Source: Azolla caroliniana
Taxonomy: Eukaryota > Plantae > Polypodiophyta
NCBI GenBank assembly: GCA_043228905.1
Contig: JBHGNT010000001.1
Coordinates: 3,038,001 to 3,102,000, forward strand
Reading direction: 5' to 3'
DNA: 64,000 nucleotides
A program made the translations under genes and the position numbers. The notes under the pieces were generated by a model. The model had not been told where the DNA came from. It saw nothing but the letters and a program-made list of their open reading frames with translations, and searched no databases. Shown piece by piece: positions 1-12,092 of the stretch; position 1 is the first letter of the stretch; the number at the start of each line of letters is the position of its first letter.

Positions 1-665
1 CAAAACATACATGTGAAATATAAAGATAAGGAACCCATCTCTTGGTCAGGGAGTTTGAAAGGATGTGGCATAGGTCAAACTTGAAGATCTTACATAGTAG
101 TACCTCAAAAAAATATTGTGTGTTTTGAGGAGCATAAACTATTAATCAACATTCGTAGGGAATGCCCACATATTGCACACGGCTTGGGTCATATTAGAAT
201 CACGGAATGTGGCTTCAATGTTTCCTTGAAAGAATATGTTGAACGTCAAGTTCCCTATTGCCACAAGCCATGTATGTGTTTGAACCTATATATATGTCAT
301 GTAATGTATCCCAAGTTTTGACCTAGAGGAAATATTAAAGGATGCCAAATTCAACAATCCCCATTGGCTTCATGTCTCAAACTTGGGACTAATATATATT
401 ACAAGATATATAATAAGTGTAGTAAAGGGGCACAAACTTTTGCATATTAGTTTATATACATGGCATAAGGCATTATCCATCCACATTACATGAACACAAG
501 CACCATGCTAGCTGCTAACTGAATGAATGAATTGACAATGGGGGGTGGTGTGGAGTTAATGCATTGGCCCGATTTTGTCAACTAGGTAGTAGGTAAAGAT
601 AGAACTAGCGAGCTCTACAGATTTGTTTAGAGAGAGAGAGAGAGATTAGATTGATTGGTTGAATA

Positions 666-710
666 TGATGATGATGATGATGATGATGATAATGATGAAT
701 CATGATGATG
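666..710. repeat. (GAT)n microsatellite, representative of many SSRs in the window
   Basis: Directly visible. Other examples: (CT)n at ~1599-1634, 4876-4900, 16995-17032, 18639-18668 and 31676-31712; (AT)n at ~1208-1228, 37996-38015 and 49772-49790. Confidence 0.9.
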
Positions 711-1596
711 AGGCCCCATCTTCCCCATGTGCACATGCGCACACATATTTAATGTTTACGGAGTTTGGAAGACAGAAATAGAGTAGTAGGCCAGCAGAAT
801 AAGCATAATTTTTAACGATAAATAAAAACTAAAAACAAGCAAAAAAAGAACTCAATTACAATGTGTAAAAAACAGGGGAAATTTTGCATATAAAAGAAGA
901 AGAATATTATTTACGTAGACGTCTAGTGTGTCTGTGGGTGTGTGTGTGCGTGTGTGTCTTGTCAACGCAGGGGGGGGGGGGGGGTGCGGATGATATTATT
1001 GTTACTATTATTAAAACCTCCCCAAAGGAGAGACTAGAGAGTAATGGAAAATTACTTAGCTTTAAAACCAAGCCATAGGAGGAGGGACTGTGGTGTGTTT
1101 TTAATTTTGGGCAGACCTATTTTTGAGGTAGAAAAGCAAAAGCAGAGATTTGTTCTTTTAATATGGGATCAATTTCGTTGTTCAATCTAAGACTTTCATG
1201 TGTATTTTATATATATATATATATATATAAAAGAATTAAGCAATGGGCACCTTCGCCCGGCCATCGGAAAGTACTACTTAAATAAGCGAACAACGTGAAA
1301 AGGAGAAAAATAAACAGGCTTCTTCTTGAAAATGTTCTCTCTTTTTGGGCACGCAAATCTAGCAGCAGCCCATTGGACCAAAACCCACCTCCCGTTGGGT
1401 TTATGCTTTCTTTTCTTAATTCAATTTTTTGGCCTTTTCTCTTTTCCCGGGGAAGGCCGGTAAATCAAAAGGAAACAAGAAGGGATTAAATAGGAAGAGA
1501 TTTGGTGTCAGATCAGATGATCATTTCCCTGTCCTATCCATCTATATATATATACATATATATATATGATATATCCCTTATCTCATGATTGAGAAA

Positions 1597-1640
<44 letters not shown>

Positions 1641-4600
1641 GAAACCGAGAAACAGAACAAAAATATAAACAATCCAACAAACTGCACAAAACAAAAAGAA
1701 AGGGCAGAGCATAATAATTCAATGACATATTTAATTCCTCATGACAACGTGCGGCGATGACAAAAGACACCCAACAAATATGCCTTCACATAATTCCTGA
1801 AAATAATAATAATAATAATAATATAACAAAAATTCCTCAAAACCCATTTATCTCTCTGCTCTCTCTGTACAAAAAAAAAAACAATAAGAATAATATACTA
1901 CATACGCACACAAATCCTACACTAAAAAGAAACAAAAGAGTTACTTCATCATAACATAAATAAAACCAAGTATATGAAATACAACATAAGGGCTACATTA
2001 ATTAGGCGCCGTGTTGTTCCTCGTTGGATTGGATTGGATTGGATTGCATGATGATTGCAACTAGTTCTTATTTGTTTGTTTATGTTATTCATTTACTTCA
2101 TTTTTGTAGCTTTCCATCCTACAAAAAACTAACAAAAAGGTCTTAATATATAAATTAAAATTATATTATATATATAGCTCACTGAAGTAAAGAGGGGGAT
2201 TTTTTAGGCCGTTTTCCTTAAATCCTCCGCGGTATTTTGTTTTTATAAGAATAGGGATAAATTTTGTTAACGAAATAAATAATGAAAAAGGAAGAAGAAT
2301 CGAGAGCCCCTCCCCCCCCCCCCCGCCCCCTCCGGTTGGCAGAAATGGGGCTATTTTAGCCACTATACGCACACACACACACTCTCTCTCTCTTCTTTTT
2401 CTTCTTCTAAACTTGTCCAAGCATTTGGGCGGGCATCGCTTTCACACGTCCCTCCCTTCCCTCCATATGATCTTTAATGCACAGCCTAAAACAACAAAAG
2501 AACAAACGGGCAAAAGAAAAACACAAAACAAACATACGCACGTGCACTCACATCCACCACCTTCAAAACACCACCTTTTTTTTTTGTTGGTTCACAACAT
2601 CTCTTTACTTATGTTTTGTGTACAACCAATACACCCCCATCATGAGATGTTGTTGTGCCCTCGATGCCAAACTATGTTGATCTTGTTCTGAAGTCTGTTC
2701 AAGGTTCCATCCATCTCTACATTACTCACCATTACAAAAGAAAAAAGATGTTTCGACGTGTCATTGTGAAAGGTCACACACATTGCGCACATGCATCGAT
2801 CATTCACAACAAAACGGCTTCATTCCTAGGCATTATAATATATAACATTATGTTTTCGGGTGTACATTAATGATGAAGTGTTGTCATAGCTTGCAGTGAT
2901 ATGCTAAAAACACCATTTACAACCATTTGACTCAACTTAAACATGTACATGATTTTGCATATATCACTTTTCATGCTTTTGTATTATCGTTATTACCTAT
3001 TGTACAATATCACAACTTTTCATTGCTAATGCTTCAAGGTGTCTACTTCAACCAACTGGCGTACGCATCGAGGAACAAAATTGCTCTCGTCTAATATTGT
3101 GATTGTTGTGAATGCCCGAATCCCATTTCTTCCCACGTGTATTGATTGTCTTCAGTTTGCATGTTTATGTGGCCTAATTAGCAAACCATTTTCTTCTTAT
3201 GCATGTTAAACTTAGGCTTCATTCACATTCATATTGCCACGACTTGCATCCATTTAGAGCCATATTACAAGGGTTTTTTTATTCTCTTTGTATGAATGTA
3301 CAATATATAAATTAAATTAATGATATATGCTCCTGGATGTACAAGGACCATGATAATATGCTACATAATGGAGTTGTTTATTATATATAGAACACTAGGC
3401 TATATGCAACAATAGGTCAAGTTCAAGTGACTAGACATGTTCAAAGTCAAGATCATAGTTTCAATTTCAATCACTACTATTGACCATCCTTATTATATTT
3501 ATATGGTAATATAATGTAGGTTTACAACATCCATAAGAAGGAGGTAGATGTTATATGCAAGAAATATATGAGGTTATATACATGGCTCATTACCTAACCA
3601 TAAAAATTGTTGATAAAAAAGTGGTTGTCACATCACTAAAATAAAATAGGATAAATAGGTAGGAAAAATGGAAATTGGACCATGATTTTGTTACAACTAT
3701 TAGATCGTTCGTTCGTTAGTTCGAACACTCTCCTTGATATAGTGATGACAAGCATTAATGAATCTACATAAGAGAATTGTAAACCAAAATACACCACTTG
3801 GTGACTGTTAGAGATGATACTCGAATGAGCATTTCCAACTATGATATATGCAATTTAACATACTATAAAAGCATTGACAATGATGTTTAACATAAGCATG
3901 GAATACATGTTGTCGTGGGCATTAATAGGGAGTCTGATATACTACTAAAGCATCGACCATGATGCCAAGACATGCATCACATACCACTTTGGGCATGAAT
4001 AAGGAGTATCAATATTGGAGAAGTTATCGCTTGCATCAATAAATAATAACACTTTCCTCGAGAACTGGGTTGGATTGGTTGAGATTGGGCGACAAGCAAA
4101 AGATCTGAGTCGATGATGTCAATGAGAGTAGCATGCAAATTAAGTGAATGCAATGATTATATAAAATGGTATATGCTAAATTGCTAATAAGTAACTTGGT
4201 GCAAAAGAACAAATTCCAAGTCTACATGGAGATCCATTGGTAGGACAATTGAGGACTAAGGAGTTTGGGTGGTGGGAGGTGTTGGAATTTTGTACGCAGT
4301 TGCACTCCCCGCCCCAACAATCGGGTGTTTTCAATAAGGGTGGGGATTTAACACGATGGGAGATCATGTGAACGGTAGAGAGAGAATCGACATTGTTTGC
4401 GAGCTCTGTGTGCGCGCGTGCACACACACGTGCACAAAACATTTAAATGAATAGCATAGCATTTAGGCTTGTGTGAGGGAAAACCCTCCCACCCCCATGT
4501 GTGTAAATATGGTATGTATGTATATACTCAATTCATTTAGTAGTACATACTAGTCGTAGAAGTGCTAGACTCTAGTAGTAGTAGGAGCAGCATCATTCGG

Positions 4601-4781
4601 GTTCTCTCTCAATATGTGTGTGTGGAAGCATAGATATGTAAATTGAGGTAATCATGATGTTCCTACGTTTTTCCAGCCGCCTCTAACAGAGAGAGAGAGA
4701 GAGAGTGGACAGTAGAGGAGGGTCTACGTAAAACAAAGAAAAACATACATATGTATATAATATTAATAATATTAATAAAAC

Positions 4782-4814
<33 letters not shown>

Positions 4815-5101
4815 TTAGATAAAAAATAGAAAAATCGAGGAAATAGATCGGAATATAATACTAATACGTCCTTCTTCTCTCTCTCTCTCTCTCTCTCTCT
4901 TTCTCATACACACAGACAGACGCACGCACACACACGGTCTCTCTCTCTCTCTCTCTCTCTCTCTTAACAACGTATCTATGCAAAATAATAGGGGGCCTAA
5001 AAAAACAGAAAAAAGAAAATAAAAGAAAAAACAAGAATACTCTCAACGTAGTAAACAAACAAATAAATAAATAAACAAATAAATAAATAAATTATGTTAT
5101 G

Positions 5102-5108
5102 TATAAAT
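5102..5108 (+). promoter_or_regulatory. Putative TATA box of ARF
   Basis: TATAAAT about 235 nt upstream of the ARF ATG, downstream of (CT)n tracts and an AT-rich block. Confidence 0.5.
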
Positions 5109-5339
5109 AGGATTGGATCCGCATGTTATCTTCTGATCGATGGAAAACCACCCCTCCATTCCTCCTCCTCCTTCAATCGCTGTATCAATCACTTAATTAC
5201 CCCACCAAATCCGACTACTAACTTCTGATAATCTGTGGGACGCTAATAATTAACACAAGCCTAATTGTCTATCCTCCGCTTGTATAACACACAGCAATCT
5301 AATATTTCTCATCATTAGCCATCGTGTATCAGCAGAGTA

Positions 5340-8300
5340 ATGTCGATCCCCGCACGTGTGACGAGCCTGGGATCATTCCACATGCCGATGAACGGTTCTA
5401 AGCAGGCGCTCGCCATACCTCCCAATCCTCCATCCAACAACACCAATCATCCCAAAAACAGCAGCAGCATATTGCTGCACTCTAATAATAATAATAATAA
5501 TAATAATTCTCAATCAGCCGCCAGAATCACTAGCCAGGTTGCGGGGATTAATATGTTGAATAATCTGAGCAAACATAACAGGAGTAGTAATCATGCTGCT
5601 GCTCCTGCCGCTCAGCCAGCTGCTGCTTCTGGTAACGCTGCTCTACCTGGTACGTCTGCTCTTCGATTACACCCAATCAATTTAGTGGGGCATAATTGTT
5701 GTTCTGCTACTATCAATTCTTCATATTAGGTGTTATAATTGAAATTTATGCTGAGTGCCGTGGCCTGCTTGATTGTGTGCCTGCAGATAAGAGAATGAGC
5801 GAGGAGCATCAGATGTACTGCGAGCTATGGCATGCTTGTGCTGGGCCCTTGGTTTCGGTTCCTCTCAAAGGCAGTCGCGTCGTCTATTTCCCTCAAGGCC
5901 ATCTCGAACAGGTGCTTAATTTTACCTCCCGGAATTAGATTCACTAACTCAAATCTTTACAGTTGGTTAATCATCCGCAATTAATTTACAGCGCATAACG
6001 TATGGGGATGCATTTTGTTTTTTTGGGATGAATCATGTACAGGTAGCCGCGTCTATGAAGCTCCAATTAGGAGCTGAGCAGCAGATTCCCCTCTATGATC
6101 TGCCCCCACAGATCGTCTGCCGAGTTGCAGAGCTCTCGTTGCATGTAATTAGCACAACTCTGTTATATAATACACACATTCACTAGATAATCGCGTATTC
6201 AGTGCAGTGCATTCGATTCATTACGATAACGATGGAGCTAATTTTGCAGGCTGATCGTGAGACGGATGAAGTGTTTGCTCAATTCACGTTGGTTCCTCTG
6301 CCGCAGGTATGCGCCGTCCATAACTCCGCCTTATTTTCTTTGCCGCCATAGCCATTGATCGTTTAATGCGAATGAAGGGCAACTAACGTGTCGTGGCTTC
6401 CGCAGGAGCGTCAGAACTGTATGGAGCCAGAGGTCCCATTGCCGCAGAAGCTTGCGACGCACATGTTCTGTAAAACCCTAACAGTGTCTGATACCAGTAC
6501 ACATGGCGGCTTCTCAGTCCCCAGGAGAGCCGCAGACGAATGCTTCGCTCCCTTGGTAACACTCTTTCGATCCATCTATATGCGCGTAACCCTAATATTA
6601 GCAAACAGAATGCGTAACCCTAATATTTGCCTTTTTTGCAAACAGAACGTGTGTTACTACTCTTCTTCGTTTAGTAATTAATAGTCGTTCGACTGTAACA
6701 TGCTATTTTGCGTTGATTTTGAAAGTTTTTTTTTCACGATGATCACTACAGTCTTGGAATTTTCCGGTCCGTTATTATCATCATGATCGTATGCTAACCA
6801 GCATTGTCTGCACATGACAGGATTACTCGCAGCAACGTCCATCGCAGGAGATCGTTGCGAAAGACCTCCATGGAGTGGAGTGGAAGTTCCGCCATATATA
6901 CAGAGGTCTGATCATATGATTATAATTTTCAGATTGAACATGGATCATTAGCGTAATCTCCAGCATCGATCATTATCACCATCATTATTCTGACTGACTG
7001 TTCATTCCTCTGTTACTGCGCGATCGATACAGGCCAACCTCGACGCCACCTTCTCACCACGGGATGGAGTCTGTTTGTGAGCTCAAAGAAGCTGGTGGCT
7101 GGGGATTCGGTTCTCTTCCTCAGGTAATAAATAACAGTTCTATTTTCTGTTTTACTGATAAAATCACCATGTTTCTTTGCATGTTAGATCAAATCAGCTA
7201 TAACGTGATGGAATGGAATGATATGATCCATTTATAGTTAACCCTAAACGCCAAACCCTAAATAAGCACTTTGATTTTGCAGGAAAGGCAATGGTGAGCT
7301 ATGGGTTGGGATCAGACGGGGAAATAACCGGCCGGCCATGGCATCGACGTCGTCCAGCTGCCAGGCCATCAGTCCGGCCACGTCCGTGCTCCCAAGCCAC
7401 AGCATGCACATGGGCGTCCTTGCTGCTGCAGCACACGCCCTCTCCACCAAGAGCATGTTCAATGTCTTCTACAACCCAAGGTAATTCTTACCTATAATTT
7501 GCCAGACTTATGATCAGTCAATATTGTCTGCCTCAATCATTCAAACATGTCTGTTGCCATACATACTCTCACCTGCATTCCATTTTAATGTATTGTGATG
7601 CCTAATGATTACTAGGACAAGCGCCTCAGAGTTTGTGATTTCTCACCACAAGTACAGAAAGGCATTCGCGCACACTCTGTCCGTCGGTATGCGCTTCAAG
7701 ATGCGTTTCGAAACGGACGATGGGATGGAAAGAAGGTAACGATTTTGTGTCGGGATCGATCTCATGGTTTTTTGCAAATGGTGTCATCTGATCCTCGCTA
7801 ATATGTGCTCTATGACTGTTTGATCTATATTAAACTATAACATAGATACACAGGTACCATCTCTGGGATCGGAGATGTCGATCCTGTGCGGTGGAGGGAT
7901 TCAAAGTGGCGTTCATTGAAGGTGAGAGAGAGAGAATCAAAATGCCCAAATGAAAATGATTTCTGATGTCAATTGAAGAAAAAGAAGAGATCATAATATA
8001 TATTATAGATGAGGACTAATGGTGCCATGTATGTATCTGATTCAGATGTATTTTGGCTACTTTACTGACGTGCTTTCCAAATGAATGAATGAATGAATCA
8101 TAGGTGACCTGGGATGATCAGCAATGTAATGAAGGCACTACAGGCATGATTCACAGCCACAATTCTGCAGGCGCATCGTGTCGGGTGCGGCGCCGGAATG
8201 ACCAGCAAGTGTCCCCCTGGGAAATTGAACCCTTCCTGGCCAACAGCGCCACCTTACTAGCGGACAACCTTAACCTTATCCATCTACCAGGAATCATTGG

Positions 8301-10201
8301 CACAGGGGCTGCCATGGGGGCCATCGGTTCCGCTGGGCTCATGGCCAACAAACGCCGCCATTGGTCGGCCACATACAATGTCCCTCCGTCCATCGAGTTC
8401 GGCTCCGGCTCCGGCTCCGCCACTTCTAGCATAAGCCCCTGCAATAATAATCTCTTGTCATATAGCACACAGCAGAAATCTGAGCTAGTAATCCCTAACA
8501 ATGATCAAATGAGCTTTGTTAATGGCGAAGGTGTGAAGAGATTAAGGAGAATGCCGGATTCCAACACTGAGACTGGTTGTCTCCCAGCCATGATTAACGC
8601 AGATCAGCAGAAATTGTTAATGCAAGGATTGATGAATCATCACAGTGGTTATGTTTCTCAGAAGCCATCGTTAATCCTTGGGCAGCAGCAGCAGCAGCAT
8701 CAAGGATTAAACTCCTCCTCTTCCTCCTCCTCCTCCTCCTCTGTTACTTCCATGCCAAACAGTAGTCTCAATCCCAGCAGCTTGTTAAGATCGCAGCAGG
8801 CTAATATCCGACCTCTGTTCTGGCCATCTCTCATGTCACCGGCTATGGCACCCTTTGCAGCTGCAATTAAAACAGCTAGCGACCAACTTCCTCCGGTGCC
8901 CCATCAGATTCAGCCTTTGGAATCTTCCCAGCTTTGCAACCCTAATCCATCCAAAAATTCAGCAGTACCAGTGGTGACCACCAGTAGCTCCGGAGATGGT
9001 GCTACTGTGTCCACTTCTCAATCTAGCCATGAATCCATGCCTGCAGGCCTAATGCTGCACACCATGATCCCTAATCCTGACCTAGTGCTCCATTCCGCAG
9101 CTATGGATATGGACAGTACTACAAAAACGGTGCAGTGTTCATCCCCAGAGGAGAATTATTCGAAGGACAGTACTCATACCGGTTCATCCTCGAATCAAGC
9201 TGAAGCTAAAGGAAATCAGCTCAAATTATTTGGTTTCTCTTTGAAAAATGCATATAAGCAGTCAAACCCTAGCAGGACTACGCCCACCATGACCATGACC
9301 ACCACCACCACCACAGGCAGGGGTGATCATGATGATCATCCCAGCCTTTCTCTTTCACCCAGAGGATCAAATTATGGCTTCGATGAAAGCTCGCTCTCAC
9401 TCTCGCTCTCACCGAAAGGGACGGCCATAATGAATGAGGTCCCAGAATCAAAGGAAGAGACCAGTTTGCCTGCAGTCAATCACAATCCAGTACTTACAGA
9501 GAAAGCTCTAGTTCGCTCCTCAACAACTGATTCTGATCAATCTGAAGAAAAACGAGAATCTGTTGAGGTTCAATTGTGGCCTTCGCAGGCACATCAAAAC
9601 GAATGCCACTTGATATCCTCGAGGAATCGAGTCAAGGTAATCACTACTAAATTACTATCTTGCAATTCTCCATTTAATCTTGGTTTTTAGCTTTGTCTTT
9701 AAATTGGTATCAAAACTGTTGATTAAAGTTGCACATTCATTGATTGTTTTGGGGCTTCTTATCTGATTTATTTATAGGTGTTGAAGAAAGGGCATCATGT
9801 TGGGAGATCCATCGATTTGTCCAAGTTCAAGTGCTACCCGGAGCTCATAGAGGCCCTCGAGAAGCTCTTCAACATGGAGGGCCAGTTAAGTGGTGGTGCT
9901 ACAGGTAGAAGTTCTGATGACAAGATGGGCTGGCAAATCACATATACAGATAATGATGGGGACACCATGCTCGTGGGGGATGATCCATGGGAGTAAGAAA
10001 CCCTAAACCCTAAATTCTCTTTACATTAAAAAATCATCAATAAAATCAATTACTTGAGTTGAGTTTTCGATTTCATTTCTCTGCAGGGAATTTGTGAACA
10101 TTGCGCTCAAGATTTGTATAGTAACCAGAGAAGAGCTCATCAACACTAGCTCTGCGCCAGGCCAGTCTAAGCTCTCAGAGGATTGTTCATCGCCAGTTTA
10201 A
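5340..10201 (+). CDS. ARF: Auxin response factor, probably class B (repressor): B3 DNA-binding domain, middle region, PB1 domain; 13 exons
   Basis: Motifs [71 protein letters not shown] and PB1 (RVKV...GRSIDL...[14 protein letters not shown]). Exons with GT-AG boundaries: 5340-5649, 5787-5911, 6043-6144, 6250-6306, 6406-6555, 6821-6905, 7033-7123, 7283-7480, 7616-7735, 7846-7921, 8104-9636, 9778-9992, 10087-10201. Confidence 0.96.
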
Positions 10202-10330
10202 TCCCAAATCTGCTGCAAGAATCATAATAATAACAACAATAACAAAATCATGCAATAAATATATACTCGGATCCAGCAATCCAAGTGAGCAATATAAAAA
10301 CTATCGCCCGAATATTAATTAAGTTAGTTT

Positions 10331-10966
10331 GGATCAGTGATGTCTGGTTTAGCTCTCTGTTTTTCCACATGATGAATTTAGAGTAATGTGGAGATAGTGA
10401 GCTACGTCAGACAGCTGGATTTTTTCAGTACTAGCCAGTTATTAGAGTAGTACTTCTATCGATTCCGTTCATCATCTTCATCATCGACTGAATCATACAT
10501 GATCCATGGACAGCAAAATCATGACCCAACTACAATCTCTTTCGCTGCCTTCCTCTTCTTCTTCTTCTCCATCATCGAGGAGGCTGCAGAGATTGTGGTG
10601 TGGTTCATGATGCAATCAGTGCTAGAGATTATCGAATTCTTTTTTGCCTTGAATCATCTATGATCCATTTAATTAAAGGAAAGATTTAGTAATGCAGGCT
10701 TTTCAACCTTCATCATCAGAAACAATTTCTGCAAATTAAACCCCATTTGGAGGTTGAAATTCCTACATCCAATTATCTCTGTTTTTTGTTGACTATAAGC
10801 AATTTCGTAGTAGTAGTAGTAGTAGCAGCAGTTATGATATGTCAAGTTTGATATGGTGAAAGGTGAAGTGGGGATTTCAACCTTCAAAATGTTGTCCTTA
10901 TTATCGTTACCAACATTTAAGGTTGAAATTCCTACATTCTGTTATTTTTTGTTACTTTCAAATATC
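10331..10966 (+). ncRNA. Four tandem stem-loops 3' of ARF (structured 3'UTR or MIRNA-like precursors)
   Basis: Hand-paired stems 10341-10370/10386-10413, 10518-10555/10577-10611, 10692-10712/10748-10768 and 10868-10894/10911-10935, with several G:U pairs on the + strand. Confidence 0.45.
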
Positions 10967-12092
10967 TTAGTTTCCATTTCTTAATGGCAATTTTGATTAC
11001 CGCTTCTTTTGGATCTTTTGTATCAAAACTTTTGCTCATGACTCGATTCGATTCCTACTGAGTATTTTCTACAAGTTGGTTAATCCTCGTCTTTATTTAC
11101 ATTTCAACTCAATCATGGATCATTCATATCTTTATAAAGCCACTCATCTCTGTGTATTTGAAAGTGTTAAAGATTAATGCTTTGATATCATTAAGAACGC
11201 TTGTCAAACTCTACCATTGATGTAATTCTTCACTGGGGAATGCATAATCATATGTTCAATCATTGATGGCTCTCAAAGTCAAAAATGTGATCCAATGACA
11301 TGGTAAATGCCCTCTAGAATTGAAACACAGAACCGTAATTGAAACTGTTTTGGAAAGTAATGACACCCTTAATCCCCATACATTGAGAGATACTTAGACT
11401 TGAAATAATTATGGCAAAACTGCATGCATGGCACAGAAAAGAGAAAGGTATTTTTAACAATGCAAATGAAGCCCTGGTGGGAGGTTGGGTGGAATGAGAA
11501 GGGCTAATCATATGGCAGAGTGAGAAGTAAAAGGGCAGAGTGGTTGGAGGTAGTGATTAAAATGAAAGGAGAAGCTTGTCTTTGCTCGAGGCGAAGGAAG
11601 CAACAACAATGTCAGGGGGCAGTGGCGAGCCGAAGTTTGCAAATTCAAATTCATTGGGTAATAATGGACAGGAAGTGCAGAAGAGGCTTCATGGGACAGG
11701 AATCTCGAATCTCGCGGACAAAGGACGCGAGCTGGGCGGTCATCTCGAAGTAAAACATCATCATGTGGATTGTGCATTTGTGTGGGGAAATGGGAAATGG
11801 GCAATCACACACACACACACATCCTCATGATGAGTGTTGTTAGGCAGAGACACAGAGACAGAGACAGAGACAGAGATCTCATTTGAAGCCGTTGGTGCAA
11901 AAACTTCTGAAGAAGAAGAAAGAAGAGAAGAGAAATTAGGAGGAGGAAAAGCTCAACAATCTTGGGCAATTTGTCAGCTTCTTTATTCTCCTCTAAAATT
12001 TGAACTGCCTGTAAAAGCTGTAACCAGAGAGTGATAAATTAGCTGTTGCTAAAACATTCTTAAGAAAGTGCCCCCCCCCCCCCCCCAAAACC

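Noticed and set aside
118-4442. Short ORFs upstream of ARF
   Set aside because: Microsatellite- and AT-rich translations with no domain signal or splice-consistent structure.
8608-8640. Possible tasiR-ARF target site in the ARF middle region (KLLMQGLM versus KVLQGQE)
   Set aside because: Only TGCAAGG matches the AAGGTCTTGCAAGGTCAAGAA consensus; too many mismatches.
9920-9942. Possible miR167 site at the GWQ motif of the PB1 domain
   Set aside because: Shares only GCTGGCA, and the seed-pairing end is mismatched. No miR160 site was seen either.
11508-12034. Overlapping short ORFs between ARF and the peroxidase
   Set aside because: No recognisable motif, several non-ATG starts and SSR-derived sequence; probably promoter or leader DNA.
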